A stretch of DNA of 64,000 nt from Eledone cirrhosa (lineage: Eukaryota), in the NCBI GenBank assembly GCA_964016885.1, contig OZ024746.1, positions 38,440,001 through 38,504,000 on the forward strand, given 5' to 3'. Each line of letters starts with the position of its first letter. Within the stretch, counting starts at the first letter, position 1. Under the pieces are notes generated by a model. It saw only the letters and a program-made list of their open reading frames with translations. It was not told where the DNA came from and ran no database searches. Positions 10,111 to 23,123 of this stretch are shown one piece after another. Both the position numbers and the translations under genes were made by a program.

Positions 10111-13100
10111 GAATGCTATGGTTGACGGAGGCTCGGCTCTGTAAGGTATTGTAAATGTTGAACGCTATAACAATTGTAAATTGTTTAAAACTTTAACGAA
10201 CTTGTAGACAAAAACACCCTCCTCGAGAGAGAGGGGTCTTTCTGCCCGTTATTTGGCCCTTCGGGGTTAAATAACTGCTTATTGGGGTTTTGTGCCCAAT
10301 ATTTATTTTAAACAAAAAAAACAACATGGCTACGAAATTCAAGATAGTCAGCTACACGGACCACAAATTCGTGATCTGTGTGCTTGACTTAGATAGGCTT
10401 CATAGACGAGGACCCGGCTACTGGAAGCTAAACGCGTTCTTACCAGCACGCAAGGCCTACAGAGACCGGATTAGCGAACTAGTTAAGCGGGCGTTGACGG
10501 GGGCCATCGTCAACAACAAGTGGTGGTTTGCTCTGAAAAGAGCGATTAGAATAGAATCCATTAGGTTTAGTAAGGCTTTAGCAATAGAGAAAAATAGAGC
10601 AGAGGGAGAACTAGTTGGAAAATTAGACGAGGCGCTTAGCAAAGGCATTGCGACCGACGTGCTTGCGGCGAAATTGGCCCTTGACCAATTCTTCAATGCA
10701 AAGCACGAAGGCTGCGTTGTCAGAGCAAGGGTGCGTGCTCTCAGACACGAGGGGACAAAAGCCATTCAATGGGCCCGAGTGGCGGAGGCGTGTCGTGGCA
10801 ACAAAGCCACGATCCGGTCTTTGGTGGACCACGACGGGCGCATACTACTCGATCCCAGGCAAATGTGTGAAGCTTTTCAGCGACACTTCGCTCAGCTGTT
10901 ATGGGGCAGCGGTGGGCCGGGTCGAGGGATGGACTTTAGTGTCTACCTCGACGGACTGCCGCGGCTCTCGGCCACTGAGGCGAGGTGTTGCGAAAAGCCG
11001 ATAACAGCCGCTGAAGTAAGGGAGGCAATGACTGGCTGCACAAGGGGTAAATCTGGTCTGCCCTATGAAGTTTACGTACAGATGCCATACTTGTTCGGAG
11101 GCTTCTTGGCGGACGTCTACTGCAACTGGCAACAGAACGGGAGAATTCCCAGTTCTATGAGCCGAGGAGCGGTGGCACTGCTGAGAAAGGATCCAAACAA
11201 GGGGGATAATATAGATAATTTCCGGCCCATAACACTGCTAAACACAGAGTTCAAGATTTTGGCCAAGGTGCTAGCAAAGAGGTTGGCGCTTGTCGTTTGT
11301 GGTCTGGTGGGAGAGGCGCAGACATGCGCCATTCCCGACAGATCCATCCACGACAACCTCCACCTCATGCGATACATCGTAGAGAGGGTAGCTAGGGAAC
11401 CTGGCACGGGTGGGTCTTTGATCAATTTAGTTCAGTCGAAAGCTTTCGATAGGGTCGACCATCGTTACCTAGCGGCAGTCCTGAGGGCGGCTGGCTTTGG
11501 GCCCGTCTTCAGAGGCTGGATCGCTGCCATGCACAGCGACATCTGCTCTGTGGTGAGAGTGAACGGTCACCTGTCGGAACCGTTCAACATCATGCGCTCG
11601 GTCCGCCAAGGATGTCCCCTCTCGTCCCTCTTGTACGTATTGACTCTCGAGCCATTACTGCACAAACTGGAGACGTTGAGGGGAGTCCCGCGCGAACTAG
11701 GATGCGGAAGATCCGTGTCAGCATATGCGGACGATGTCACCGTAGTGGTGTCGAACGCCAAACACATCGAGGCGATCGGCACTACACTAAGAGAATACGA
11801 AGCGGTGACAGGAGCAATGATCAACCAGGAAAAGTCAGTGGGCCTGCAGCTCGGCACCTGGAGAGGCAGGTCCATGCCGTCCAACAGCGTCGTCGGACGC
11901 TGGACGGACGGACCGGTTAAATTGCTGGGGGTCTGGTTCGGTCCGGACCTCCAGACGGACAAAAACTGGGACGAGGTGACGAGCAGGGTGGCTTCTCTCA
12001 CCCAGAAATGGACGGAGAGGAAGCTATCCCTGAAAGGTCGAGCGGAGGTGGCTAACGCGTATATCGCGTCTGTCATCTGCTACCGCCTGACCATCGTACC
12101 TTGTCCTAAGCCTCGCTTGACTGCGCTGGGGCGTTTGCTCTTTCGTTTTTTGTGGAAGGGACGTGCTCCGATGGTCAGGCGGTCCATCTGTTGTCAACAC
12201 CCGCTACGTGGAGGGCTGGGCATGCCGTGGCTGATGATGCGCAGGCACGCGCTCAGGCTACGACATCTCCACCTCTTCCTGGACGGTGATAAGGTGTGGT
12301 CGCCGTTTGCTAGACACGTATTTCCCCAGCTCGTTTCCTTGACGGAGCTGCAGTCCTGGGTCAAGCGAAGACCGAGAGGGAGCGCCTGGAGACTGGAAAT
12401 ACTTCAGGCGCTCACAGCCCTCGACTAATCGGGCAATGTGATCGGTGGAAACTCCACCTCGGCGTTCTATAGAGGATTAGTGGAGGGGAAGAGCGACGAC
12501 GTACTTGGGGAAACTCTAGGCGTCGACGAAAATCAACTAGCCAATCTCTTCGGAAGAACTTTCGGGCCAGGGCCTATGGACAACTTCCAGAAATCTCTGG
12601 CCTGGCAGTGCTACCGAGGAGCCTTGCAAGTTCGGGATAAACTCTACAGGCATGGAGGTGCCGTCAGCCGGGCATGTCCGAGATGCGCGCAGGGCGACGA
12701 AACCGTCCTGCACGCACTCGTCCAGTGTCCGAAAATTGCTGACTTGTGGGTTTATGTCGAACACCTGCTGTCGCGTTTAGGACGGATCCGGCTATCATCT
12801 GAGTCCATCGTGAGGATTGCCCCGCCCTCCTCCTTTAGCCGGGAAGGGCAGGCAGTTTTTATCTGTCTGGTGGCCATGGCGAAAGAGATAGTATGGTGGA
12901 CACGTTTGAAAGGGCTGAAGACGAGCACTTACCTCTTCGGTGATGCTCTGATTGACTTTTTCAAATTTCATTTGAAAAGGAAAATCAGAGTAGAGAGGGA
13001 AGTGCTCTCTTCCCAGCATTTTGTTGAAAGATGGGTGAGAGAAGCAAGAATGGCCCCAGTGAATGGGCCTACTCTGAGTATATATCTGTAAATTAAAGGT

Positions 13101-13268
13101 GGAAAACTGGGAGAGGGCACTTGCCTTGGTGGTCAGGGTCATTGTGGCTTTTTACTGGGCTTTCTCCACAAATGTCCCTCCGAAGTCTCCCCCCTATTGG
13201 GGAATTTTTCATTGTTATTTTTTGTTACATCCTCTGTTTTTGTAAACCCTTGTGGTTAATAAAGAAAT
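10111..13268 (+). mobile_element. Tx1-clade LINE, family A copy 2 (putative 5' UTR joined to an endonuclease-less ORF2, complete 3' end)
   Basis: 10335-11222 closely matches 9077-9975; RT motifs NFRPITLLN, KAFDRVDH, QGCPLS, YADD; ends AATAAAGAAAT followed by (TTA)n. Confidence 0.9.
10326..13091 (+). pseudogene. Tx1-like RT + C-terminal CCHC domain with one in-frame stop at 12426-12428
   Basis: ORFs 10290-12428 and 12438-13091 are in the same frame; CPRC..ETVLHALVQC motif. Confidence 0.85.
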
Positions 13269-13281
13269 CATTATTATTACT

Positions 13282-13325
<44 letters not shown>

Positions 13326-13547
13326 AAAAAGTCTAGGTAGAAAGTGTACAAAGTGTATTATTGCAATGCGAGTATGACGATATAAGTAGAAGGCGTTATG
13401 AAGAAGATGGACATTATTAAAAAGATAGAAAAATAAAGATTAAGAAACAAAACAATGAAATAATAGAAATATAACAGTATAATAGAATAAAATCTAAGGA
13501 ATTGTAGGGATATAGAAAGACAGATTGTCTGTGAGAGAGATGAAGAT

Positions 13548-13628
<81 letters not shown>

Positions 13629-14129
13629 CAAGAAGGTTTAGAGAAGGTAAGAAAAAATACAGGAAGTGAGAGAAAGTGAAGAGCAGAAAAAGACGAGAAC
13701 TGTCGAAAAGAATATAAGGAAGGCTACAAAGAAATAGAGATAGAAAGAACGGAAGAGACAAAAGGAGCGAGAAAATTCAAGATGACTGAGAGAGAAATGG
13801 AATAATACGTAGAACAGTAAAGGAAGTGAGGTATAAGTAAGAATAAAGATAATGCAATATATCAGTTGAATAGGTCAAAAATGTCCCAATATTTTATTCG
13901 GTTTTTGCGTATTGATTTATTTTTACTAGCATACAACTCTACCAAAGTCTAAGCTAATAACAATGCATTTCACTTCTTTATAATGGACGATTTGTCGAAT
14001 GATAGATTTTTATTCGTTAACTTAAGGAAGTAAGTAGGTGACTAAGTGAAAGGGACGAAGACGTTATTGTTACAGCGAATGTAATATCGTTTGATGTGTT
14101 GTGGTGTGGTTTAGTGTGATGTACTCTGA

Positions 14130-14400
14130 TGCAGTTTGGTTATTTTGTGTCTCTACAATGTCCGTTGCAAGTGGATTACTGAACACCCCGCTCTAGGTGG
14201 GAGGCGAGAATGTCGTGTCGTCATGCGCAGACAGCATCACCTTCAGATTGTGGACCACCACGGAAATTCAGGTGGTCAGCACCGTACTGAAGCAATGCAA
14301 AATGTTAACAGGATTATTCATTAACAACTCGGAAACTATTGAGGCAAATATGTACTACTGTGCTATGTGGGTCGGGTTACGTCTGTTTACACGTTGTTGA
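14130..14400 (+). pseudogene. Old Tx1-like RT fragment
   Basis: VSSCADSITF...EIQVVSTVLKQ...LTGLFIN aligns by eye to VSAYADDVTV...EIEAVGTLLEE...TGAKLN. Confidence 0.55.
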
Positions 14401-14556
14401 TTTTGAGGTGGGGGTGATTGTGTTTGACAATTGCAATGATTTCTGTTCTATTTTAGAGTCTAGTAGAGACTTTGAAGGGCATGTGCCGTGTCAGATCTCT
14501 GGACCGCGTCTGATTTCTGAATGGCAAATGTTTACATATTATCAGTATTGTTGTTA

Positions 14557-14703
14557 AGGTGGACTGGCAGTATCGGGAGCGCGTCACACACAATGCTTTG
14601 CAGCGTAGAGTTATGGCGCTTTAACTTATGAGTTCAAATCCCGCCGAGGTTACCTTTGCCTTTCATCCTTACGGGGTCGATAAAATAAAGCACGACTAAT
14701 GCA
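14557..14703 (+). mobile_element. tRNA-derived SINE
   Basis: A-box-like tggcagtatcgg, B box gagttcaaatcc and SINE core. Confidence 0.85.
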
Positions 14704-14713
14704 CATCGTAGTT

Positions 14714-14813
<100 letters not shown>

Positions 14814-14815
14814 GT

Positions 14816-15110
14816 ATTAAAATAACAGATTAAAGTTTAAGCAAAGAATTGCTGCTTTCACCCTTAACGGGATCTTCTGAAGCTAAAAAAAAATCAATCT
14901 GTGAAGGCAGAAGTAAATATTTCGAAAAACCTTGCAGCCGAAGGAAAACAGGAAGACGATACTTTGGTTCGTGAAGACGTTCCCTGGCAATGAATGGAAA
15001 AAAGCGGAGACAATACCTCGCCATGTGGAGCGATGAGAACAATTACACGCAAAGACAAAACCATGTTGATGGTATAAATGAAGTCGTAGACTAATATTCT
15101 ATTTAGGAAA
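14816..15110 (-). mobile_element. PLE pseudo-LTR-like fragment with variant hammerhead (14834-14884); same family as 59977-60270 and 47096-47144
   Basis: Shared sequence attaaaataacagattaaagtttaagcaaagaat...cccttaacgggatcttctga; abuts (TA)n. The right boundary is approximate. Confidence 0.6.
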
Positions 15111-15591
15111 CCGAATGATACTCGGCTTCAGAGTTAGGAATAATGTAAATAAATTAGTAGAACGAAAATGACAAAGGTTATTGAAATCAACAATAATTAA
15201 ATATATACACGCATCCATACACATGCATACGCGAAAACACCCGCCATACAAGCACGTTCACATAAACCCGCGCACACATACATAAACCCGCGCAACACCT
15301 GTACCCGCACACATACGAACGTATACACCAAATACACATAAAAAATATATGTGTGTGTGTGTGTATATATATATACATATAATTATATAAACGTATATAA
15401 ATATACACACATAAATACGTATATAACGCACGTACATACATACCTACAGGTAAATACACATATGTTCACTAAACGTACGTCAACCAAAACACGAGTACAC
15501 ATATACACACACCTTACATACGTGCAAACACGCATACACACAGAAACACAACATACGCATATACACATAACCATATACACATGTACCAGTA

Positions 15592-16220
15592 TCTATATAT
15601 ATAAAACAGAGGATGTCTGTCTGTGTGTGTGTGAGTTTGAATCCCTAAAACTCGAGAAATACCCAACCGACTTTTTTCAAACTTTACATGTGTATTACTT
15701 ATGTTTCAGGGAGTGTTATGCACATAAAAATTTCAACTTTTTGATGCATTAGGTGAAAAACTGCATTGTTTAAGGATTTTAGGGGATTTTTGAGCCGTTA
15801 CATCAGACTGATTTCCTTGAAATTGTAACTATGTATTAGTCAGTCTCTTCTTCATACCGTGAGCAAAGAAAATCCAACTTTTGTATGGCCTAGGGCCCGC
15901 ATTAGGTGAAAAACTTCATTTTTTTTCAGCTTTTTAGGGCTTCTTTGAGGCGTTACGTCTAGCCGATTTTCCCGAAATTTCAAGCCATATTATGCACATA
16001 AAAAAATTTCATTTTATTGATCCCTTGGGGCCCGCGTTAGGTGAAAAGCTACATTTGTCCTTCTTCATCGAGGAAAATCTTAAAGATTATCCAGCCATCA
16101 GAGTTTTCGGTTTATTTTCTTTACATATTGTCCAGGCATGCAGTTTTTCCACGATTAGGTCTGTTGGCGGCCCGCGTTCCAAAATACCTTATCCTGTGCA
16201 ACGCCGGGTTCCACTGCTAG
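15592..16220 (+). mobile_element. Non-autonomous Helitron-like element
   Basis: 5' TCTATATATATAAA, 3' subterminal cctgtgcaacgccggg hairpin then CTAG, inserted between A and T with no TSD; internal subrepeats; second copy at 54203-54788. Confidence 0.75.
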
Positions 16221-16400
16221 TATATAATATAATATATATACACCTATAACAAATACAAGCAAATATACGTACGAGAAAGTATACGTACCTTCACAAACAT
16301 ACGGGTAAGGTATACTTACCTATACTAATAAGTAATGGTATAAACATAAAATTTAATTAACTACCACATCAAGAAGTAAATTATCCGCGTATAGTTCGTA

Positions 16401-18595
16401 CTATCCGTTAGGGTATAATGTGGGGCTGAAATACAGGAAAGTTTTACGCAATTTATGTTTACAAACCGAAATTGTCTGCGATTTTTTGTTTAAGATGTGG
16501 TCATTCGCGTAGAGTATTTCCAGGGCTTCAGCGGCGCAAAGATCACATGGTCTTTTATTTCCGTTATGCGATCTAGCTAAGGCTAGGATCTCCCAGTGTA
16601 AACTATATTGGGTGTGGTTGTCTTTTAGACTGCAGATATAAGCTGAAATTGACGTCATATTCCTTCTTAACGGGTTAAGAAAATAATAGGTGTGCATGTA
16701 AAGACGCTGCTTGAATCTATTGGCGATTAACTCTATGTAGGCCCTATGGGACGTGGGTGTTTCGATCTTACATTTGTAGACAATGTTACTGGAGAGACAT
16801 TTCCCGGATAGAGGGCAGTCAACCCGATTCCTACAATTACAGTTAGTGCTAGATACAGGGTTGCACGTGTTCCTACGGCTAGGTAATTTAGATAAATTTG
16901 AAGCAGTGATGTTATGTGGAAGGTTAGGAGTCGTAGAGTAAGATATTTTAATGGTATTTCTATTAAAAATATTATTATATTTATGTGCTGAGGGAAAATG
17001 CTTCTTAATAAGGGAGAGAAAGATCTTAGCTATTGGGGTGGCCACCTCCATATTATATGGTGGGTTATACCATTTAATGTGCCGGGATCTATTTTTTTTT
17101 TGGTCTATGCTCATACTTAGTATATGCTACCTTATCGACAAATCCACTCCGCACAAGAGCTTCATTGTAATATGTGAAATGATCGGTGAAAATATGCTCG
17201 TTTATAGATAGACGGGAAAGCCTCAAAGAAATGTTTCTTACCAGGTTCTTGGTTATGCTGGCAGGATGGTTAGAATGCTTACTTATGTAATTAAGCGTAT
17301 CATTCGGCTTTCTATTCGGGTAGTGCAAGCCATTCGACAAATTGAGGGTAACATCGAGGTAATTAACGACCGAGAGGTTGGCCTCAACCTCTATGGAGAT
17401 GTTGAGGCCTTTAAAGAAGGCTGTGAGTTATTTTCTGAACCTGTCGCAAGTGCGTGGACCGCACTGTGTCATGGTCAAAAGATCGTCATCACGGTACAAA
17501 CCACCGCCCATATTGGGGAATTCTTCCTTGATAGATAAAAGAAGGAAAAGACCGATAAGATCAGTAACCTCCGCCGGTTCTCTGGCACCCATACTCACGT
17601 CGAATGGGGTACTATTAGATTGTTTAATCCAAATAGAGTCGTCGAAATTAATCACCGACTTACGGGTATTGAGGATGACATCAACTTCGAAATTCTTAAC
17701 CACCGCGAGCATTTTAGCGAAATTGAAAGCTTTAAGAAGAAGTGGTAAAGTGATGGTGGAGTAGTAATTGTTGATGTCGAATTGGATAAAACAGCAATGC
17801 TCTGTGTTGCATATGCCATTGAACCAATCAATCACCGCGAAAGAATTGTTCCACGGTGCAAGAGGGGCCAAGCTACTAATTTCAGGTATAATTCTATCAA
17901 AAATCCTTTTACTAAATCGGACTTCGTAAGGTGAATAAGCCGAATAGAGGGGTTGTTGGCGAAATTTGGTTTGTGATCCTGCAGGGTAAAGTGGGGAGAT
18001 ATAGGGTTCAGAGGTTCAGTCCGGTCCTGGATGTTGAGTTCAGAGGTGATTTTAAACCCAGCATCGTTGATGTCATTAATGACACTCCGATTAGTTTTCC
18101 GGTAATCCTTAGTTACAGCATTGTGTAGCAGTTGATGGTAAGTACTGCGCTCCACTTGATATAGATTGCCAGTTTTGTCAGAGTGGACGTGCACGGCATA
18201 AGAATCCGTAATAGAACGAATTATATTCTTCAGGTCCTGCTGGAAGGAATTGCTCCTATTCCGAAATTTGATACTTCGTATGAGTTCCAAGACATTGTTT
18301 TCGAAGGGTAGCAAATCTGGGTTATTCGGAGGGTTATTATAATTTTTAGATTGCTCCACTCTATTGACTTATATTCATCATGCAGAAACAACATCTGAAT
18401 ATTTCTACAAAGAACATACCCGTACCAAGCAGGAAGACATACCTAAAACTCTTGATTCAGAAAAGGGACTCGTTCCTTAAAAGGTTGCGTTTTGCCTTTT
18501 ATTTCGATAATCAGGAAAAAGCGGACAATAAACAGGATAAATTTGGGTTTAAAACTGATAATAACCCTCCGATTAACCCAGAATTGCTACCCTTC
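16401..18595 (-). mobile_element. Penelope-like element (RT + GIY-YIG endonuclease), decayed, with inverted 5' part
   Basis: QFDINNYYS, SMGA, LYRDDDL (RT); YRKP-like/HSNHP; CNCRNRVDCPLSGKCLSSNIVYKC...FKQR...CDLC...CKHK (GIY-YIG region); N-terminal KNIPVPS..YLK.LI on the + strand at 18380-18595. Confidence 0.88.
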
Positions 18596-18989
18596 AGGAC
18601 GGCGTTAGCCCCAGTGTTTGCATAGCTACAGCTTTCTAAAAGCGTGTTTCCTTAGGAATACGAAATTTCTATACATATTTGTATAAAGCTATGCTTGAAG
18701 TGAAATACTATTTATATATATATATATCAAAGGCATTTTTTTACGCATGTTGATCTGTGGTATTTTACAAGCAATATCATAACATTTGCGATCGTAAATA
18801 TGCCAATGATTTTGTAGTACCACAGTAATACGCTAAATTAGACCATAGGGTTATCAGAATAGAAACCATTTCAACAACCATTGCTTACTTCATAAAAAAT
18901 TGACAATCTAACAGAATATCACAGAACTGTTTAAGCACAGGGCAACACATTTGAGCAAAAACGATTACACCGAATCTACTATGTGAATC

Positions 18990-19090
18990 TTAATGAAAAA
19001 GCATATGTTGACCTCAGCCGATTTGAACTCCAAACGGAAAGCACCATAACTAAATACCACAATGCATTTTTCCGACTAACTGCCGCTTCT
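18990..19090 (-). mobile_element. Old diverged SINE copy
   Basis: gttgacctcagccgatttgaactc is the reverse complement of the B-box/core region. Confidence 0.55.
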
Positions 19091-19735
19091 GGTTATTTAC
19101 TTTAGAATATTGCACATTATCGTTTAATTTTTACAATAAAATACGATGCAGGCCATTGAGCAATCCAACAGTGAAGAGAGGTAATAAATCATCTTCAGTG
19201 CAGAAAATGTAACGTTGAATATTAGATTTTCGACATTACATATCAAAATCATTGTGTCCTAATATATCAAGTTTCATAATTGTATGAAATAAACAGGAAA
19301 AATGTTCCTTTACATCAATACTCTCAGGAACTGAATTAATAATATATAAATAAGGCAAGTTATATACCGTTTCCCAGAAAAACCCAAATCAGATTAAAAG
19401 AGGTCAGTAGAGGTAACAAGCAGTTTTTTCTATCTATACAATTTGAAAATAATATATTTTCGGATGGAAATTTATAGAACCTATTATGCGAGTGATTTCG
19501 TTTTTCTGCAAAACATTTTGTGAAAAAAAGAATGCACCATAATGTCTTTAAATAGCACTTGTGGGTTACATTTTCTGGAGTGTCTACTTTATATCATATG
19601 TTAATATATTTCAGTATTTTGAAGACTAATTTATCTACCACCCTCTCCAAGTTCGATCTCACAAAGGAAAAAACCTTTGGAGGATTTGTTAGTGAATGGA
19701 CACATAAACAATAGAATAACAGCAAACTTGCCATT

Positions 19736-19788
<53 letters not shown>

Positions 19789-19969
19789 ACACTGTTTGTA
19801 CTGCATTCTTCGTTATTGTTTTTTTTTTGTTTTTTTTTTAACATATATATTTATTTATTTATTTATATATTTATTTATTTATGTATGCGTATATATATAT
19901 ATGAATATTCATTTATATATCTATATATATACATACATATATATATATTTATATAAATATATATATGTT

Positions 19970-20007
<38 letters not shown>

Positions 20008-20289
20008 CTTAGTTATATATGTATATACTAATCTCTTGATAATTGAGATAACAATACATACTGATTGTATTGTGGAAGAGAAGCAATGCGGAAACGTAAC
20101 GTATTATGTTTATAGCATGTAATATGTGTTTCCATTCTTCCATTCCAAATTGTTTCAAATAGTATAATATAAAATTGTATATGTAATAATATTAAAAGAA
20201 TCCCATTGTACACCCAAAATCAAGTGGCAAAGAAGGCAATTGGCGGGCAACAAATTTTTATATTGTAGATATAAACATATATATATATT

Positions 20290-20359
<70 letters not shown>

Positions 20360-20360
20360 G

Positions 20361-20407
<47 letters not shown>

Positions 20408-21415
20408 CTTTCTTTCTCTTTTTCTCTCTCTCTCAATTACACACAGACACATATATATGTGTGTGTGGGTGCGCGCGTTTGTGCATGTGTATGTGAGTGT
20501 AGAAAAAGGAATAGATAGTATAGGTTAGATAGATAGCTAGAGAAATAGATAGATTGATAGATAGATGGAAAGACCAATGAAAGCATTGTCTCCTTGGTTC
20601 GATTTGACGAATTCCACCCCGCTCGGTACGCGATTAATTCCATCCTAACAGTGTAATTCTAGTTGTTAGTTGGATATTACTGAATTGTTAGATATATCCT
20701 GGTTAGATTGTATCATAGAAGCTGTTTAGGAAATGTTGTCATGTTAGTTCGTAAAAGCTACTTAGAAGGTTCTTGATTGGGTGATAATGGCTTCCTAGCT
20801 ATATCGTAGAGACTTTCTAGCAATATTGTAAAATCTTCTTACTTCTATCTCAATGACTTCAGCATTGAGTTATAGAATCTTCCTATTTATATTGTTTATA
20901 CTTTACTGTTGAGCCAATAGCGGCTCCTAAGAATCTGAATATGATCTTCATTGGAGAAATGTGTATTGATAACATTTTCTAATCATAATATTTATATGTT
21001 GTTGTTATCATTGTTGATTTTATTCCACAGATTAATCAGTTCTGATTAAACAGAGCTGACATCAACAGATTTGAAGCGATGACAATCCCGTCATTTGTTC
21101 AGCCATACTGTTATTATATTAGGCAATATGCGCATTATTTCTTTAAATATTAGAATATGACAAGGAGGAGATTTAGCTGCTATTTCAATTGAACGTTTTC
21201 ATTGTCCGTCGTGCCTCGCGTATATCTATTATTGAAGGAACTGTCGTTTAATAAAGTATTCAAGACGTAATCATTACCCTTTTTTGACAGGATGTAGTGG
21301 AGCTAGGACTGCAAAATACATTGTGCTTTTCATTTTTTAAACTTGTAAGATATGTCATTTATGAAGACTTTGGTGCTATTTCTAGTAGGTCGAATGACCT
21401 AGATTCTCCTGAGTT

Positions 21416-21462
<47 letters not shown>

Positions 21463-21532
21463 TCGCTCCGTCTACCTCTTATAATCTCTCTTTCTCTCCC
21501 TCTCCTACATATACATATCTATGTATACATAC

Positions 21533-21643
<111 letters not shown>

Positions 21644-21684
21644 ATATATTAATAAATGGAAACTATATTTATAAAACCATATTT

Positions 21685-21748
21685 ATTTTATTATACATAT
21701 TTCAAGGGCAACCAAGGCAAATTATGGTGCGCTTTCATCAGGTAAAAT
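21685..21748 (-). ncRNA. Type I hammerhead ribozyme motif
   Basis: AUUUUAC-CUGAUGA-AAGCGCACCA..UGGUUGCCCUU-GAAA-UAUGUA-UA-AUAAAAU; followed by AATAAA and close to (TA)n. Confidence 0.72.
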
Positions 21749-23045
21749 ACAGATTTGTTTTATAAATAAATATTGAAATACCCGGAAAAAAAGACAACCT
21801 TAACGGTTGGAGCTTCCTGGATAGTGGAGATAGGACATTTATTGAGGGTAATACAGAGTTATGAGTGAGTATGCAAATGGGTGTCCGAAAGGTTGAACAG
21901 ATAACGGTTTATTTAAATTAGACTGTTGGAAGAAGATGATATGTAAGGGAGAGAGAAAAAAAGGAAAAAGAAAAAAGAAAAAAAGAAAGGAGAAAGATAG
22001 AAGAGGAAAGAAAGAACGATTATACATATTGATAGTGAAGATATAGTGAATGAAGAAATAAGTTTCAAAGGGAAAATATACACAGCGTAAGTATATCTAA
22101 ATGAAAGAAGAAATAAGATTAACGTGGAAGAAGAATATTTATAATGCAGGGTTCATTACGTTTTGATTACAATGATAGGTTGAAAAATTAGATTAAAATT
22201 AAAAATTAGAAATCAAAATTAAAGATTAAAATTTGCCTTAATATTAAAGATTTAATTTAATAATTTAATAATTTAATATTGATAATTATATTATATTAAG
22301 ATCTATTTTAGTAATAATATATTGGTTTAAATGTGTATGTTAAGGATTATAAATTATTTAAATAAATAGTATTTTACATTAGAGAAAATCTAGTATAGTT
22401 TATTTTATTAAAAGTTGTAAGTCAAAATTTAAATTTATGAAAGATTTACGAGAGTTTACAAAGGAATAACCACTTAATTATATTATAAGAACAGTAAGGA
22501 AGTGTAAAGGAAATTAGAAGTGATATTTTAAGATCTCAGATAACTCCAAGGATTAAATGTTATAAAGTTAAAAAGTTAAAATCTTAAGAATATAATTAAA
22601 ACATGAACCATATGTTATTTTATACGAAGTCATAAATTTAAATTTTAAAAAATTTATCTTAAGAATATATCATGCATGTAAACATGTATATATGTATTTA
22701 TGTATGCATATATGTATGCGTGTATATTATATATGTCTGTACTTGTGACGTGAGTGTATGTGGGAATGGCTAATCCTAATTCTAGCACATTCAATGTGCT
22801 TATATAACACAATAAGATAAATTGACGAACGTCACAATAGCCATTTTGCTTTCCCTCGATCTCAATACAACTAATCTCTACTTGGTGGCTGGTTCTGATC
22901 ATGATCGTCCAATCAACTGACTGAATATCACACTAGCACATGTGATAAATATATATTCTTTGATACCTATATATGTTGTAACCTGAATTGCAAATGAACA
23001 CGTAACATTCTCGTGCAGCTAGCCTTTTATGGCCTACTGTACTTA

Positions 23046-23120
<75 letters not shown>

Positions 23121-23123
<3 letters not shown>

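Noticed and set aside
947-13142. Antisense and alternate-frame ORFs over the LINEs
   Set aside because: Shadow ORFs of GC-richer retrotransposon coding sequence.
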